The notes beneath the pieces are model-generated. The model was not told the origin of the DNA. It did no database searches and saw only the letters and a program-made list of their open reading frames with translations. Source: a virus (lineage: Duplodnaviria > Caudoviricetes). Taken from it: DNA of 64,000 bases. The translations under genes were made by a program, and so were the position numbers. Positions 37,123 through 46,457 of this stretch are shown in pieces. The number at the start of each line of letters is the position of its first letter. Within the stretch, counting starts at the first letter, position 1. Location: positions 1 to 64,000 of the IMG/VR virus record IMGVR_UViG_3300035686_000003. One strand, written 5' to 3'.

Positions 37123-37417
37123 AAGTCACCACTCCCATTGCTACTGTTTTGCTTCTGCCTGCCCATACTACCTCATTAAGATCTGCTTGATTGTAGAGAT
37201 CTATGAGCATCTGTACTGCATCCCCTTCATCCTTCAGCCCCTCAGCGATCGCTATAGCTCGCAATTGTTGCCAATGGGAACCTGGAGCGAACGTTCGTAT
37301 CAGCGATCGGATGATTGTGGTTTTCGTGTGTTGGGACAACTTTATCTGTGCCTCAAGGATATCTACCTCTTCTTGATCTAACTCAACATAGATTGCAGCT
37401 GCCTTACTCTTTCTCAT
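37109..37417 (-). CDS. RHH-like regulator
   Basis: AIYVELDQEEVDILEAQIKLSQHTKTTIIRSLIR; divergent from 37484. Confidence 0.55.
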   Translation of the reverse strand: MRKSKAAAIYVELDQEEVDILEAQIKLSQHTKTTIIRSLIRTFAPGSHWQQLRAIAIAEGLKDEGDAVQMLIDLYNQADLNEVVWAGRSKTVAMGVVTYERD

Positions 37418-37483
37418 TGTCTGTTTCCAGTATCAACATATATATGCTAGCATAGATATAGTGAATTAGGCAAGGGAAATGCA

Positions 37484-37996
37484 ATGAGTGAAGTTGAACC
37501 ATTTTTCAAAATCAATGACAAAGATGCAGAGTGGTTGGAAAGTCAACCGATATCAGTCTACATATTATGGCATCAGGCGGCTCGCTCGAATAGGTTTGGT
37601 TCTGGGTGGGCACCTTTGAAAACAAATATGAAACGTTCGACATTCATGAAAGCCAAGAAAATCATAGAGGAGTATGGGGCTTTCAAGTTTGAGGTGCGAC
37701 AAGGAACGAAAGATGCAAGAAGAACAGAGGGGTGGGCAGTGTTCAATATGCGTATGCACAATGGCAAGCGCATTGAAACAAAATATCAAGAGTTTTTGCT
37801 GGGGGACTATTGGCAGGATGTCAGAACACAGGTGTTAAAACGAGATGGTCACAAGTGTCAAAGCTGTGGATCTAGGAAAAATCTTCATGTTCACCATTTA
37901 ACGTATGAGCATCACGGTGAGGAGCATCTACACTTAGATGAGTTGCAAACGTTGTGCAGCGTCTGTCATGCTGTAGAACACGAAAGCGATACCTAA
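37484..37996 (+). CDS. HNH endonuclease fused to an initiator-like N-domain
   Basis: W..VR..VLKRDGHKCQSCG...LHVHH..Y...LQTLCSVCH..EH. Confidence 0.85.
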   Translation: MSEVEPFFKINDKDAEWLESQPISVYILWHQAARSNRFGSGWAPLKTNMKRSTFMKAKKIIEEYGAFKFEVRQGTKDARRTEGWAVFNMRMHNGKRIETKYQEFLLGDYWQDVRTQVLKRDGHKCQSCGSRKNLHVHHLTYEHHGEEHLHLDELQTLCSVCHAVEHESDT

Positions 37997-38123
37997 GCCC
38001 CTTAAAACATTAGCCGCTCTCTGGGGGCAAACCAAAGAACGGCTAAGTCAGGAGGAGAACAATGACAGCAGGGTGCAATCTGTAGTGAAGTCGAGTAAAC
38101 AACACACAAGAGATATAAATATT

Positions 38124-39149
38124 ATGCCACAGACAAACGTTCATCGTCAATACGTGAAAAATTCTCAAGAGGATTTGGACTGGGTTGCAGAGCAAGAACC
38201 CTGTGTCCAACAGCTTTGGCTTGACTGCGTGAGAGTAGAAAAGTATGGGGAGCATTTCAATGTCGTCAAAAGCAAGCTTAGCCGAAACTCATTCACCAAA
38301 GCCAAAAATATCCTAGAAGAACAGGGATTGTTTGAATTTGAGCCAATCCAAAAACAGTCTCAAGCGGGAAGATGGCAGGTTCTTGGATGGAAAGTAAGAA
38401 ATTTGCATGGCTCAAAGAACGAAAACTACTGGAAACCTCAATCTGTCCTTGCACAACAAATGGGCGAGGACGCACAACGATTAAGCGAGGATGCACAACA
38501 GATGGGTCACGTCGCACAACAAATGTGCAAGCAAAACGCTGTCGGCTTTGACACCACTGGCTTTGACTCTTCCCTATTAGGTTCCTATAAGGATTCTACT
38601 ATTAACCTACTAACTAGCGACCAATCCTCTGAACAATCACGCTCTGGTCGTTCGGAGAGCGCTCCGCTAGAGGCTACGCACTCCTCACTTCCCGACGCTC
38701 TAAACCCTGACTCCGGAGCTTCGCTGAGAAACGAAAATCCTGAACAACCAGAAACCTTTTGTGACTCAAAGGATCAAGATTCAAATCCAAGCACGAACAT
38801 GATTGATCACTCCGGACAAAGAGTTCCGCCCCGTGCCGCCACGCCCACAAAAAGTGCCGCTGAAACGCACGGAAAGGCAGGCAACGATACAATCACCCTG
38901 AACGAGATCCAGGAGGCTCTAGGACGCTTCCAGCCCCCGCTAAGCTGTTACGTCGAACAACTAGCCTTGTGGCTGTACAAAAACAAGTATCGTTCCGAGG
39001 CGAGGCAGTTGATGAGTACCTACGAGGAGGTCAATAGTTGCGATGAAGTGACACTAGAGTTTGCGATCGCCCACGTCAAGGATTCAATTGCGACAATCGA
39101 TGACTTCAGGGTGTACTTCAGCGATCTGCTGACACCCCTGCCAATGTGA
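38124..39149 (+). CDS. Putative replication initiator with in-gene 21-bp repeats
   Basis: Shared N-domain; GCACAAC at 38451, 38472, 38493, 38514; disordered linker; helical C-domain. Confidence 0.6.
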   Translation: MPQTNVHRQYVKNSQEDLDWVAEQEPCVQQLWLDCVRVEKYGEHFNVVKSKLSRNSFTKAKNILEEQGLFEFEPIQKQSQAGRWQVLGWKVRNLHGSKNENYWKPQSVLAQQMGEDAQRLSEDAQQMGHVAQQMCKQNAVGFDTTGFDSSLLGSYKDSTINLLTSDQSSEQSRSGRSESAPLEATHSSLPDALNPDSGASLRNENPEQPETFCDSKDQDSNPSTNMIDHSGQRVPPRAATPTKSAAETHGKAGNDTITLNEIQEALGRFQPPLSCYVEQLALWLYKNKYRSEARQLMSTYEEVNSCDEVTLEFAIAHVKDSIATIDDFRVYFSDLLTPLPM

Positions 39150-39203
39150 TATACTTGTAGTAGGCTCAGCTATACAAGTTGGGCTTACTACAATATCTGT
39201 GGA

Positions 39204-39398
39204 GTGACAATGAAGTGTGAGAAATGTGTTGATACTGGAGCAATAAAAGTCGCTGACCAAAGTGAGCAAAAATTTTGCGACTGTGAGCGGGGGCGACAAA
39301 TGCAGACTTTAGAACAAATAAAGAAGTGGAAAGACGAAAATATCTTTGCGAAGATGAGTGATGCGGAGATACTACATTTCTTGCGGTATATCAGTTAG
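39204..39398 (+). CDS. Small Zn-finger protein
   Basis: CEKCVDTG...FCDC. Confidence 0.55.
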   Translation: MTMKCEKCVDTGAIKVADQSEQKFCDCERGRQMQTLEQIKKWKDENIFAKMSDAEILHFLRYIS

Positions 39399-39964
39399 AC
39401 GTGATATCCCATGATATCATCCAAGGTTTTGTGTAGAGTCTCTATCGATTCATTGTTATTAAGCATATAGATACTGTCAGCTTTCTTAAGCAAATATCTT
39501 CGTATCTCGGAGTGATTAAGATCAGAAGTTTCCTGTTGCTCAACATTGCGATAAAGGTCGAGCAATAGTAACTTGTGATTACCTTCGTGGGCGATCGCTA
39601 CCACTTGTTGTGCTTCCTCAATAGCTCTGAGAGATACGAAGCAAATGTTTTGGTTGGCGAGAATTGTGGGTGCGGAGCTTTTGATGTTCAATGCGGAATG
39701 TGAAGGAATCCATTGCTGACCAAAGTGGAAGAGTGCCACAAGTAATTCTTGTACTGTTGTTTTGTTGTTGTTCCCTGGGATTGGTAATGCTTTACCCTCT
39801 GGTGTTTCCAGATAACCTTCAGGGGCACCAATGAGCCTTTCCAATATCTCTTTGATGTATCGAATAGGATGGAAGTGGTAGAAGTTGTACTTCTTGTGGA
39901 GATAGTTCGCAACTTCAGTTTTGCCTGTGCCAGTTTTACCGTGAGCTACAACAATTAATGCCAT
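39395..39964 (-). CDS. Deoxynucleoside monophosphate kinase-like P-loop protein
   Basis: IVVAHGKTGTGKTEVANYL...PI..IKE...LNNNESIETL. Confidence 0.75.
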   Translation of the reverse strand: MALIVVAHGKTGTGKTEVANYLHKKYNFYHFHPIRYIKEILERLIGAPEGYLETPEGKALPIPGNNNKTTVQELLVALFHFGQQWIPSHSALNIKSSAPTILANQNICFVSLRAIEEAQQVVAIAHEGNHKLLLLDLYRNVEQQETSDLNHSEIRRYLLKKADSIYMLNNNESIETLHKTLDDIMGYHV

Positions 39965-39991
39965 TGACTTAAACCTAAGTAAGGTGATTTG

Positions 39992-40213
39992 TTATGACGC
40001 AATACCCTTCGTCTCGTACAATTTCATTGGCTTAAACGGTAAAGCATTGAAAGTTGTTCTCTCCTCAAGGAATAGCACTAGTTCGCCAGTGCCAGCTTCA
40101 GCTCCCGGTAGAAATACGGAGCTGTGAAGTTTGTAGTCAGGGGAATCTGCAAACCCTTTAGTCATGAACTCAACAGTTGTTTGTTCGGGATGTCGTAACT
40201 TAATTGTTATCAC
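39992..40213 (-). CDS. Hypothetical protein
   Basis: GAGG RBS. Confidence 0.5.
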   Translation of the reverse strand: MITIKLRHPEQTTVEFMTKGFADSPDYKLHSSVFLPGAEAGTGELVLFLEERTTFNALPFKPMKLYETKGIAS

Positions 40214-40834
40214 TTACCTCTTTCCTTGATATTTCTCAATGTATTGTTCTATAACTTTTCGTTCTTGTGCGATGACCTTCTCGTCCACCTTCAATGCCTG
40301 TGCAATCTCTTGTACTTTGAAGGCAGCATTAGTTTCATTGACTCCGTAATACATGGAGAAGATTGTCTTCAGTACCTCCATGTATTCAGCAGTTAACCCC
40401 GCTGCACTTGCACCCATCAAAGCAAACTTGTTCACTTGCTCTTGATGAAGGAATGTTAAGAACTCATCGTTAAGTTGTCGCCCCTCACGTCTGCGTTCGC
40501 CTAACACTTGTCGAGCAGCAGGACAACTTTCGTCGCCACAGTAGCGTTGTCTTCCAGCCTTAAGGTTTGACCCCCAAGCTTTGATTATGTGATCGCAAAC
40601 TGTTGTCGCTTCAGCATTATAGATGTTGCCTGAGCAGCGGCAGTGCCACGTAGAGTGACCCAATTCATTTCCTGCATCGGCAATAACCTTCAGGGCACCA
40701 AAAGATTCCCCAACTAGATTGTTCCTTTTCGCCTGTCCCTTCTGGGAGCGATTAAGCACAGTGTCTAACTGGAGAATTATATCAATGAGAAATTCTTTAT
40801 CTAACCTCAGTAACTCTTGTCTGCTATATTTCAT
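40214..40834 (-). CDS. DNA-binding protein with a Cys-rich domain typical of AP2/HNH-associated N-termini
   Basis: NLVGESFGALKVI...WHCRC...C...NLKAG...CG. Confidence 0.55.
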   Translation of the reverse strand: MKYSRQELLRLDKEFLIDIILQLDTVLNRSQKGQAKRNNLVGESFGALKVIADAGNELGHSTWHCRCSGNIYNAEATTVCDHIIKAWGSNLKAGRQRYCGDESCPAARQVLGERRREGRQLNDEFLTFLHQEQVNKFALMGASAAGLTAEYMEVLKTIFSMYYGVNETNAAFKVQEIAQALKVDEKVIAQERKVIEQYIEKYQGKR

Positions 40835-40892
40835 AAGACTACCTTAACAAACAGGAGTCAACTATGGCAGTACTATTGCGAAATTGGGGCAA

Positions 40893-41291
40893 CTAAACGT
40901 TGCAGGAGTAAGACGAGTAGTGTTTGGGGTAGTACTTGGATTTTTGCTTTTCTACGGCTTCAACGAACCATTGTGGTAAGTTGTGTTCTTCTTGAATGTC
41001 TAGCAGATCCAGGTAACTCAACCAGCCCCTAGCTCTATCTTGTGCATACTCTTTGATGGAAAAGTTGATGCTGCATTTACAAACGATCAACTGGGTTAGC
41101 AATTGCATATCTTTCGTTTGCAAAAGCTTCCCATGAGTATCAAATCTGTAGAACGCCTCCTTGATAGAGATTGGTTTTTTGACGGATTGAGGCACCTTTC
41201 CTTTAAACACATCATAGGGAGCAAAGTTGTAGACATCTTTCAGTCTTGCATACAACTCAAAGTTCTCGTCAAACCTTTCGGAGTATTTCAT
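40893..41291 (-). CDS. Hypothetical protein
   Basis: Coupled ORF. Confidence 0.6.
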   Translation of the reverse strand: MKYSERFDENFELYARLKDVYNFAPYDVFKGKVPQSVKKPISIKEAFYRFDTHGKLLQTKDMQLLTQLIVCKCSINFSIKEYAQDRARGWLSYLDLLDIQEEHNLPQWFVEAVEKQKSKYYPKHYSSYSCNV

Positions 41292-41473
41292 CGAAGTATA
41301 TTGCCAGTAGTTACAGCTGGAAGTAACGGTGGCGTACCTCCACTACGATTGTTATCACAAGCTCCTACAGCTAGCACAACGAAGACTACGGCAAGTGCGA
41401 TGAGGGTTAGGCGGAATAGTCGGTATTGGATGACGACGGGTGTCTTGAGGACATTCGCTAAGATTATATTCAT
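41288..41473 (-). CDS. Small membrane/lipoprotein-like ORF
   Basis: Hydrophobic stretch ending VGAC. Confidence 0.45.
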   Translation of the reverse strand: MNIILANVLKTPVVIQYRLFRLTLIALAVVFVVLAVGACDNNRSGGTPPLLPAVTTGNILR

Positions 41474-41784
41474 TGGAGTTCTTCCAGCTTGTAGCTTCGG
41501 GTCTTTCTAGTTTTTTGCAGTTGCGCCAACAGTTCTTCGTGTTGTAACGCCTCTTTTTCCCTTTGAGTTTCCGCATCAACAAACTTTTTCTCTAGAAACT
41601 CCGAGATCTGATTGAGACGAGCAATCGCCAAACCCATGCGAGTTCCCGTAGCTAGAACATCCACAGGATCTTCGCCTGCAAAAGCAACTGTTTCTAATTC
41701 CTCGATTGCATCTTGTGCTTTACGATGAAGTTCGTTTAGCTCTTGTTTTGTGATTTCAATGGTTAAGTTGTTTTCTTCGTTCAT
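41470..41784 (-). CDS. Coiled-coil hypothetical protein
   Basis: GAGG RBS. Confidence 0.55.
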   Translation of the reverse strand: MNEENNLTIEITKQELNELHRKAQDAIEELETVAFAGEDPVDVLATGTRMGLAIARLNQISEFLEKKFVDAETQREKEALQHEELLAQLQKTRKTRSYKLEELQ

Positions 41785-41851
41785 GATTTTCCTCTCGGAT
41801 CAAATATCCCTAGTATGACTATTACAATGATAGACCCTATGATAAGTTCTA

Positions 41852-42355
41852 TCACTTCTTTAGCGTCTTGCGAATTTCTTCCCAGTGTTCCTCCTTAAGC
41901 TTTGTTAAGTCACCATTCTTCGCCTTCAGTTCACCAAAGCTGCTGTAGCCTTGCTCTGGTTGACGACTAATAATTTTAGTGGCATAACCTTCACCGATGC
42001 CATCAAATTCAAGTAACTGAGCCTTGGATAGGGGTGCAATACGTTCATCAGGCTTTGGTTCTTCGGGCACGATAGCTGTCCGTGGTGTTTCAAAGATTGG
42101 CAGAGGCTCACCATTGCGGCGGGAGTCAACTACAGTGAAGCCTTCGAGTTCGCTTGTGACGACAGGTGTGCGGGTGAGGACTTCGAGGGTTTCGTTTTCG
42201 TATGCACCCTTGATGATTGGGTGTTGAAGCATTGCGTCGATATCGTCATCAGGAATGTTGAGGCTGATTCCAGGGGGTATGACGAGAGATTTCAGTTGTT
42301 GCCCTAGCATATAGTTGGCAACGAAAGTGGAGGCGTTGTTACGAATACTTCCCAT
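41852..42355 (-). CDS. Head-module accessory protein with C-terminal helix-hairpin-helix domain
   Basis: LLEFDGIGEGYATKII...GYSSFGEL; downstream of the capsid gene. Confidence 0.65.
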   Translation of the reverse strand: MGSIRNNASTFVANYMLGQQLKSLVIPPGISLNIPDDDIDAMLQHPIIKGAYENETLEVLTRTPVVTSELEGFTVVDSRRNGEPLPIFETPRTAIVPEEPKPDERIAPLSKAQLLEFDGIGEGYATKIISRQPEQGYSSFGELKAKNGDLTKLKEEHWEEIRKTLKK

Positions 42356-42442
42356 AGTTGACGTTGAATAAAGAAAAATTATAATTGGGTGAAAGGGTGG
42401 GGATGAGCCACCCTAGTTACTTTACTCACAGGAGATGAGCTT

Positions 42443-43444
42443 ATGTCTATTGTAGACCAACCAGACTATAATCCGCAAAAACATTACTTGGGCAACCTTT
42501 GTAAACAGCAGCACGACTACTTAGGAACGGGCTACAGCCTAAAGTTTCGCAGTAACGATGAGTGTTGGCATTGCAAAAAGGCATATATGACCAACTATGA
42601 TCGGAGTCTAGTGCCGCAAAGGAAAAACGAGAGAGAGCAAAGGTTAGCTCTTGTGGAAGCTAAGATTGTCGATTTACCTAATTACGATGCGAATAAGTTT
42701 AGGTTGGGTAATCTTTGTAGAGAAAAACACAGCTTCCGAGGAACAGGGCAGAGCTTAAGATACAAGTCTAACCGTCAATGTTTCTTCTGTCATTCTGAAA
42801 AGAGTGCTAAAAGTTATGCTGAGAATCGAGAAGAAAGACTAGCACAAAGACGGAAATTCAAAGAAGAGAATTACGAATATTGTCTACAACGGCGACGTGA
42901 GTACAAAAAGAATAACCGAGAACTGTTTCGTGAAATTGAAGCTAGGTATCGAAATAGCGAGAACGGGAAAAAGCTAGTCAAAGCTTCAATTAAACGTTAC
43001 AACAAAACTGAGAAAGGGCGAATCAGAGCAGTAAGAGGAGCGCATAAAAGAAGAGTCACGCTTCGTAATGGTCATCATGAGTTTTATAGCAAAGAAGATA
43101 TTCAGAATCTTTTTGAAAGGTTTGGATTGTCTTGTGCCTATTGCGGAAAGCACCAATCAAAACTGGAAAACGTTTTAGAGATAGAACACGTTGTACCTAT
43201 AACAAAAGGGGGAGCTGATCGATTGCAAAATTTTGTACCTGCTTGTCGTTCTTGCAACAATAGTAAGCGAGCAAAAATGCTGACTGATTGGTACTTAAAG
43301 CAAAACTTCGCCACCTTAGATAGATTAAATAAAATAATCTTACAATTAGGTAGCGAAGAAATTGAGCAGATAGGCTTGCAGGAGATCGAGCATGGAGTTA
43401 GTTTTCTCCAGCAAAAATTAAATCCCCTCGTAAAAGCGGATTGA
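42443..43444 (+). CDS. HNH homing endonuclease-like protein
   Basis: CAYCG...EIEHVVPITKGG...NFVPACRSCNNSK; duplicated N-terminal LGNLC...H...CxxC modules. Confidence 0.9.
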   Translation: MSIVDQPDYNPQKHYLGNLCKQQHDYLGTGYSLKFRSNDECWHCKKAYMTNYDRSLVPQRKNEREQRLALVEAKIVDLPNYDANKFRLGNLCREKHSFRGTGQSLRYKSNRQCFFCHSEKSAKSYAENREERLAQRRKFKEENYEYCLQRRREYKKNNRELFREIEARYRNSENGKKLVKASIKRYNKTEKGRIRAVRGAHKRRVTLRNGHHEFYSKEDIQNLFERFGLSCAYCGKHQSKLENVLEIEHVVPITKGGADRLQNFVPACRSCNNSKRAKMLTDWYLKQNFATLDRLNKIILQLGSEEIEQIGLQEIEHGVSFLQQKLNPLVKAD

Positions 43445-44350
43445 CATTGGTTTTAAGTTCACGATGCCCGCAACTCTACTCCGACAAACAACTCGTGTAG
43501 AAAATACGACTTGTTCGGGTGGTCTTTGTTCAAAATCAAGAGGGATTTCATATCTGATTTTAGAAGGGTTACGCTGATAGCCAATCATTAAATCAGATCC
43601 GCCTGTACCCAATCCAGCGAGCATTTGTACTGGCACAATTTCTTTTATGCCTGTTGCAGATGCTCTCTGTGTGGTCAGGAAAAAGTTGAGTAGGGTGTTG
43701 TCTGTATTAGCGGGATAAACAATTGCGGCAATACGATCGTATTGCTCTTGAGGCATCAAAAGAACATCAGGTTGCTCAATACCCCTAGTGGCTTGACGCA
43801 TTCGAGTGAGGAAATCGACCAGTTCAAGGTAAATTTGCTCAGGTGTCTTATGTATCCATCGGGTAGAATTAGTGCCACCATTAGTATTCCCGTTGTTAGG
43901 AGAAGTCTCTCGAATAACATTAGGTAATGTAGTTAATCCAAGTAAAGAATTCTCCGCAGCACCAGCATATCCAATTTTGTCAATGCCTTCTTCAATCACT
44001 CTTCGAGCAACAATTCCCATTTCTGCTGATATATTCATACCAGCAAATTGAGCAGCTTCCAAATCCTCTAAACTGATTTCGTAGCCGTCTACAAGAGTAC
44101 GAATAATGCCCATTTTCTTCTGTACATAGGCGTTAACCAATGGCACATCAGTTGAGGCATTAGCAAGAATTTTTGCTTCGCCAACTGCGGAGAAAAGACT
44201 GTAAGAGAAGGTTTCAGCTCGATAGTCAACCTGGTTGGTGATAGGAATCAAAGCTCCACTCGCCATTTGTAGGTCAGGGAAATCCTGTCTTACAACTTCA
44301 TTGAAAATGTAATCTAGCTGTTCTTTGAGAAAAATACTATTTGCAGGCAT
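43418..44350 (-). CDS. Major capsid protein (DUF2184/HK97 fold)
   Basis: SIFLKEQLDYI, GEAKI..., DLEAAQ..G, IGYAG...GL...PN, W..KTPEQI..., PDVLLMP. Confidence 0.85.
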   Translation of the reverse strand: MPANSIFLKEQLDYIFNEVVRQDFPDLQMASGALIPITNQVDYRAETFSYSLFSAVGEAKILANASTDVPLVNAYVQKKMGIIRTLVDGYEISLEDLEAAQFAGMNISAEMGIVARRVIEEGIDKIGYAGAAENSLLGLTTLPNVIRETSPNNGNTNGGTNSTRWIHKTPEQIYLELVDFLTRMRQATRGIEQPDVLLMPQEQYDRIAAIVYPANTDNTLLNFFLTTQRASATGIKEIVPVQMLAGLGTGGSDLMIGYQRNPSKIRYEIPLDFEQRPPEQVVFSTRVVCRSRVAGIVNLKPMSIRFYEGI

Positions 44351-44380
44351 TTTTTATATCAATTCCTATAGTTTAAAAAA

Positions 44381-44929
44381 TTACCCTGGCAAATTCAAAT
44401 CAAGAATCGCCAAGCCTGGTGCGGTAGTTTTCTCAAACCAACGTGCCCCAGTAAGAGCAAACGTTTCACCAGCAACTGCAACAGCACGGAAGTTACCCAA
44501 TTGCAAGACGCCAGCTCCAGGTGCATAGCGAACGTGAACAGGCAAAGTTAGGTCTACAGGTGTTTCGCTATAAACGTAAATTTTGCCTACTTTTCGAGCA
44601 GGGACAGAATATTTTGCGGGATAGTTTGTGGACAACGAATCAGCCGCTTCATAAAAGAAGTTGGCTTCTCCATTTACTGTGGGAGTCCGGTGACGCAACA
44701 CAGCAACACCGAGGATTAAATCGGTTGCAGCATTCGGTAGTTTAACAGTAGGTCTTCCAGTAGTATCAGAACCTCCTGCATAAGCGAGCGCTTGACCGTA
44801 CTCGATGGGCACAGTAGAAATAGTTGTGATGTCTTCGTTACCATGTTCGACACCAAAGAGCATTCCCTTCAGAGCTTTCGGATGGTAGTATGTGTAATCG
44901 GCAGCAGTATATTGACTAGCTCCAGCCAT
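44381..44929 (-). CDS. Head decoration/cement protein
   Basis: IEYGQA...LGVA...RKVGKIYV...VHVR...GARW; position between scaffold and capsid. Confidence 0.7.
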   Translation of the reverse strand: MAGASQYTAADYTYYHPKALKGMLFGVEHGNEDITTISTVPIEYGQALAYAGGSDTTGRPTVKLPNAATDLILGVAVLRHRTPTVNGEANFFYEAADSLSTNYPAKYSVPARKVGKIYVYSETPVDLTLPVHVRYAPGAGVLQLGNFRAVAVAGETFALTGARWFEKTTAPGLAILDLNLPG

Positions 44930-44938
44930 AGTGTCTCC

Positions 44939-45721
44939 TTATTTCTTGTATCCAGAAAGTTGACGCTCTTTGCGAGCCTTCATCGTCGGACTATCCTCTT
45001 TAGCAGCAGGCTTTTTGTCCCCAGCATCTAAGGTGAGTTGCCGATTCTGGTTGATCGCATCAGCTAACTGTTGAGTACCTTCGTCTGCTTTAGTAGTAGC
45101 AGTAGTTTGCGGTTGTGGCTTAAGCGCCAAGTACAGATGCTCCACAAAAGCATCGCGATCGCTACCTTGGCTATCAATGCGGCTCTTAGCTTCAGCAGGA
45201 AGAGTCTCAATTGTTTTGAGGAATCGTGCTTTGTATTCAAGAGCTGGTACAGCGAAATCTGGCTCAAATGCAGAATCAACCTTCTTCAATGAAGGGGATA
45301 CTTCGTTCACAACGGTCAGCAACTCTTTGCAATAGGATGCAATCTCATCGGAATCCATCTTTTTAGACTTCCGCTTCTCATTGGCTTCCTCTTCGTCTTC
45401 GCCTTTTGCACCTTCAGCAGCAATCTTGTCTTCCCACTCCTTATTCTTCTTGGTAGCTGCGTCAAGTTTGGTTTGTAGTGCAGCCACTTCAGCGTCTAGC
45501 TTTACTTTGCTAGATTCTGTTTCGTTCAGAGAGGTTTTCGTTTCAGATAGGGCAGACTCAACAGTTGCTTTAGCGGCTTCAGCTGCATCAAGTTTCAGTT
45601 TAAGATCGGCAATTTCGTTAATCAGAGAATCGTTTTTAGTTAGAGTTTGGTCAACGGCTACTGCCAAGGATGCATCATCTACTTGATAGACCGAGTTGCC
45701 AATTTTAAGTGCTTGCGGCAT
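44939..45721 (-). CDS. Scaffolding protein (coiled coil)
   Basis: Acidic coiled coil with repeated K-x-D motifs; follows DUF2213. Confidence 0.65.
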   Translation of the reverse strand: MPQALKIGNSVYQVDDASLAVAVDQTLTKNDSLINEIADLKLKLDAAEAAKATVESALSETKTSLNETESSKVKLDAEVAALQTKLDAATKKNKEWEDKIAAEGAKGEDEEEANEKRKSKKMDSDEIASYCKELLTVVNEVSPSLKKVDSAFEPDFAVPALEYKARFLKTIETLPAEAKSRIDSQGSDRDAFVEHLYLALKPQPQTTATTKADEGTQQLADAINQNRQLTLDAGDKKPAAKEDSPTMKARKERQLSGYKK

Positions 45722-45724
45722 AGT

Positions 45725-46396
45725 TTATGCAAACAGTAAGTGGGCTAAATCAGTGAGATTAAATATGTTCCCCCGATTAATATGAGGCTCAGGAGAGGTT
45801 ATATCTAAAGGTAAGGGTTTAACAATTTCTTGTTGCTCAGCAAAGTCTTCTTCGGAGTCAAACCTTACTCTTGCATCACGACCAGCTCTTGCAAAGTCTA
45901 CGATCGCCAAATGGTTGTAGCGAATGTTAGTTTGCCGCTTGTCATAGGGGAGTTGTTCCCCAGAATCACTCGTGAATACTCCGCTTTCATCGATTACGTC
46001 GCAATCGTAGCCACAGCTTAGCTCTCGCATACCGGAAGCAACTTTAGCAATGGCATCAGCTTTCTGTAGGTTGATTTTGACTTTGATGTAAGGATTGCTC
46101 GTTGCATCAATTTCATCACCAACAATACCGACTCCATAGCTATCAAAGTTGGTAGGCGTAACCCTAACTGGAGGGTGCTTGACAGTCATCGGAACTCCAG
46201 CAAGAGTTTCAAGACTCTTGGGGTCTAGGACATCATCAGGATGCCGTAGTTCACGAATGATCTTCCCAGAGCTGCGATCACGATACTCGAATACGCCCAC
46301 TCTAGTAGCAATGCCATCAAGTCGTAGATGACCTTGATGTGCTTTGAATGGACGATTAAGAGTTTGAATTATGCCGTTATCGAAGCGAAGTGTCAC
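45725..46396 (-). CDS. DUF2213 prohead protease-like protein
   Basis: TRVGVFEY, ELRHPDDV, P.TVKHP, RELSCGY, RQTNIRYNHLAIV..ARAG. Confidence 0.9.
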   Translation of the reverse strand: MTLRFDNGIIQTLNRPFKAHQGHLRLDGIATRVGVFEYRDRSSGKIIRELRHPDDVLDPKSLETLAGVPMTVKHPPVRVTPTNFDSYGVGIVGDEIDATSNPYIKVKINLQKADAIAKVASGMRELSCGYDCDVIDESGVFTSDSGEQLPYDKRQTNIRYNHLAIVDFARAGRDARVRFDSEEDFAEQQEIVKPLPLDITSPEPHINRGNIFNLTDLAHLLFA

Positions 46397-46457
46397 TGAA
46401 TTCTTTGTAGCAACACATTCATGTTACTTAGGTGTGAAATAACATTTTTGTGTGCAA

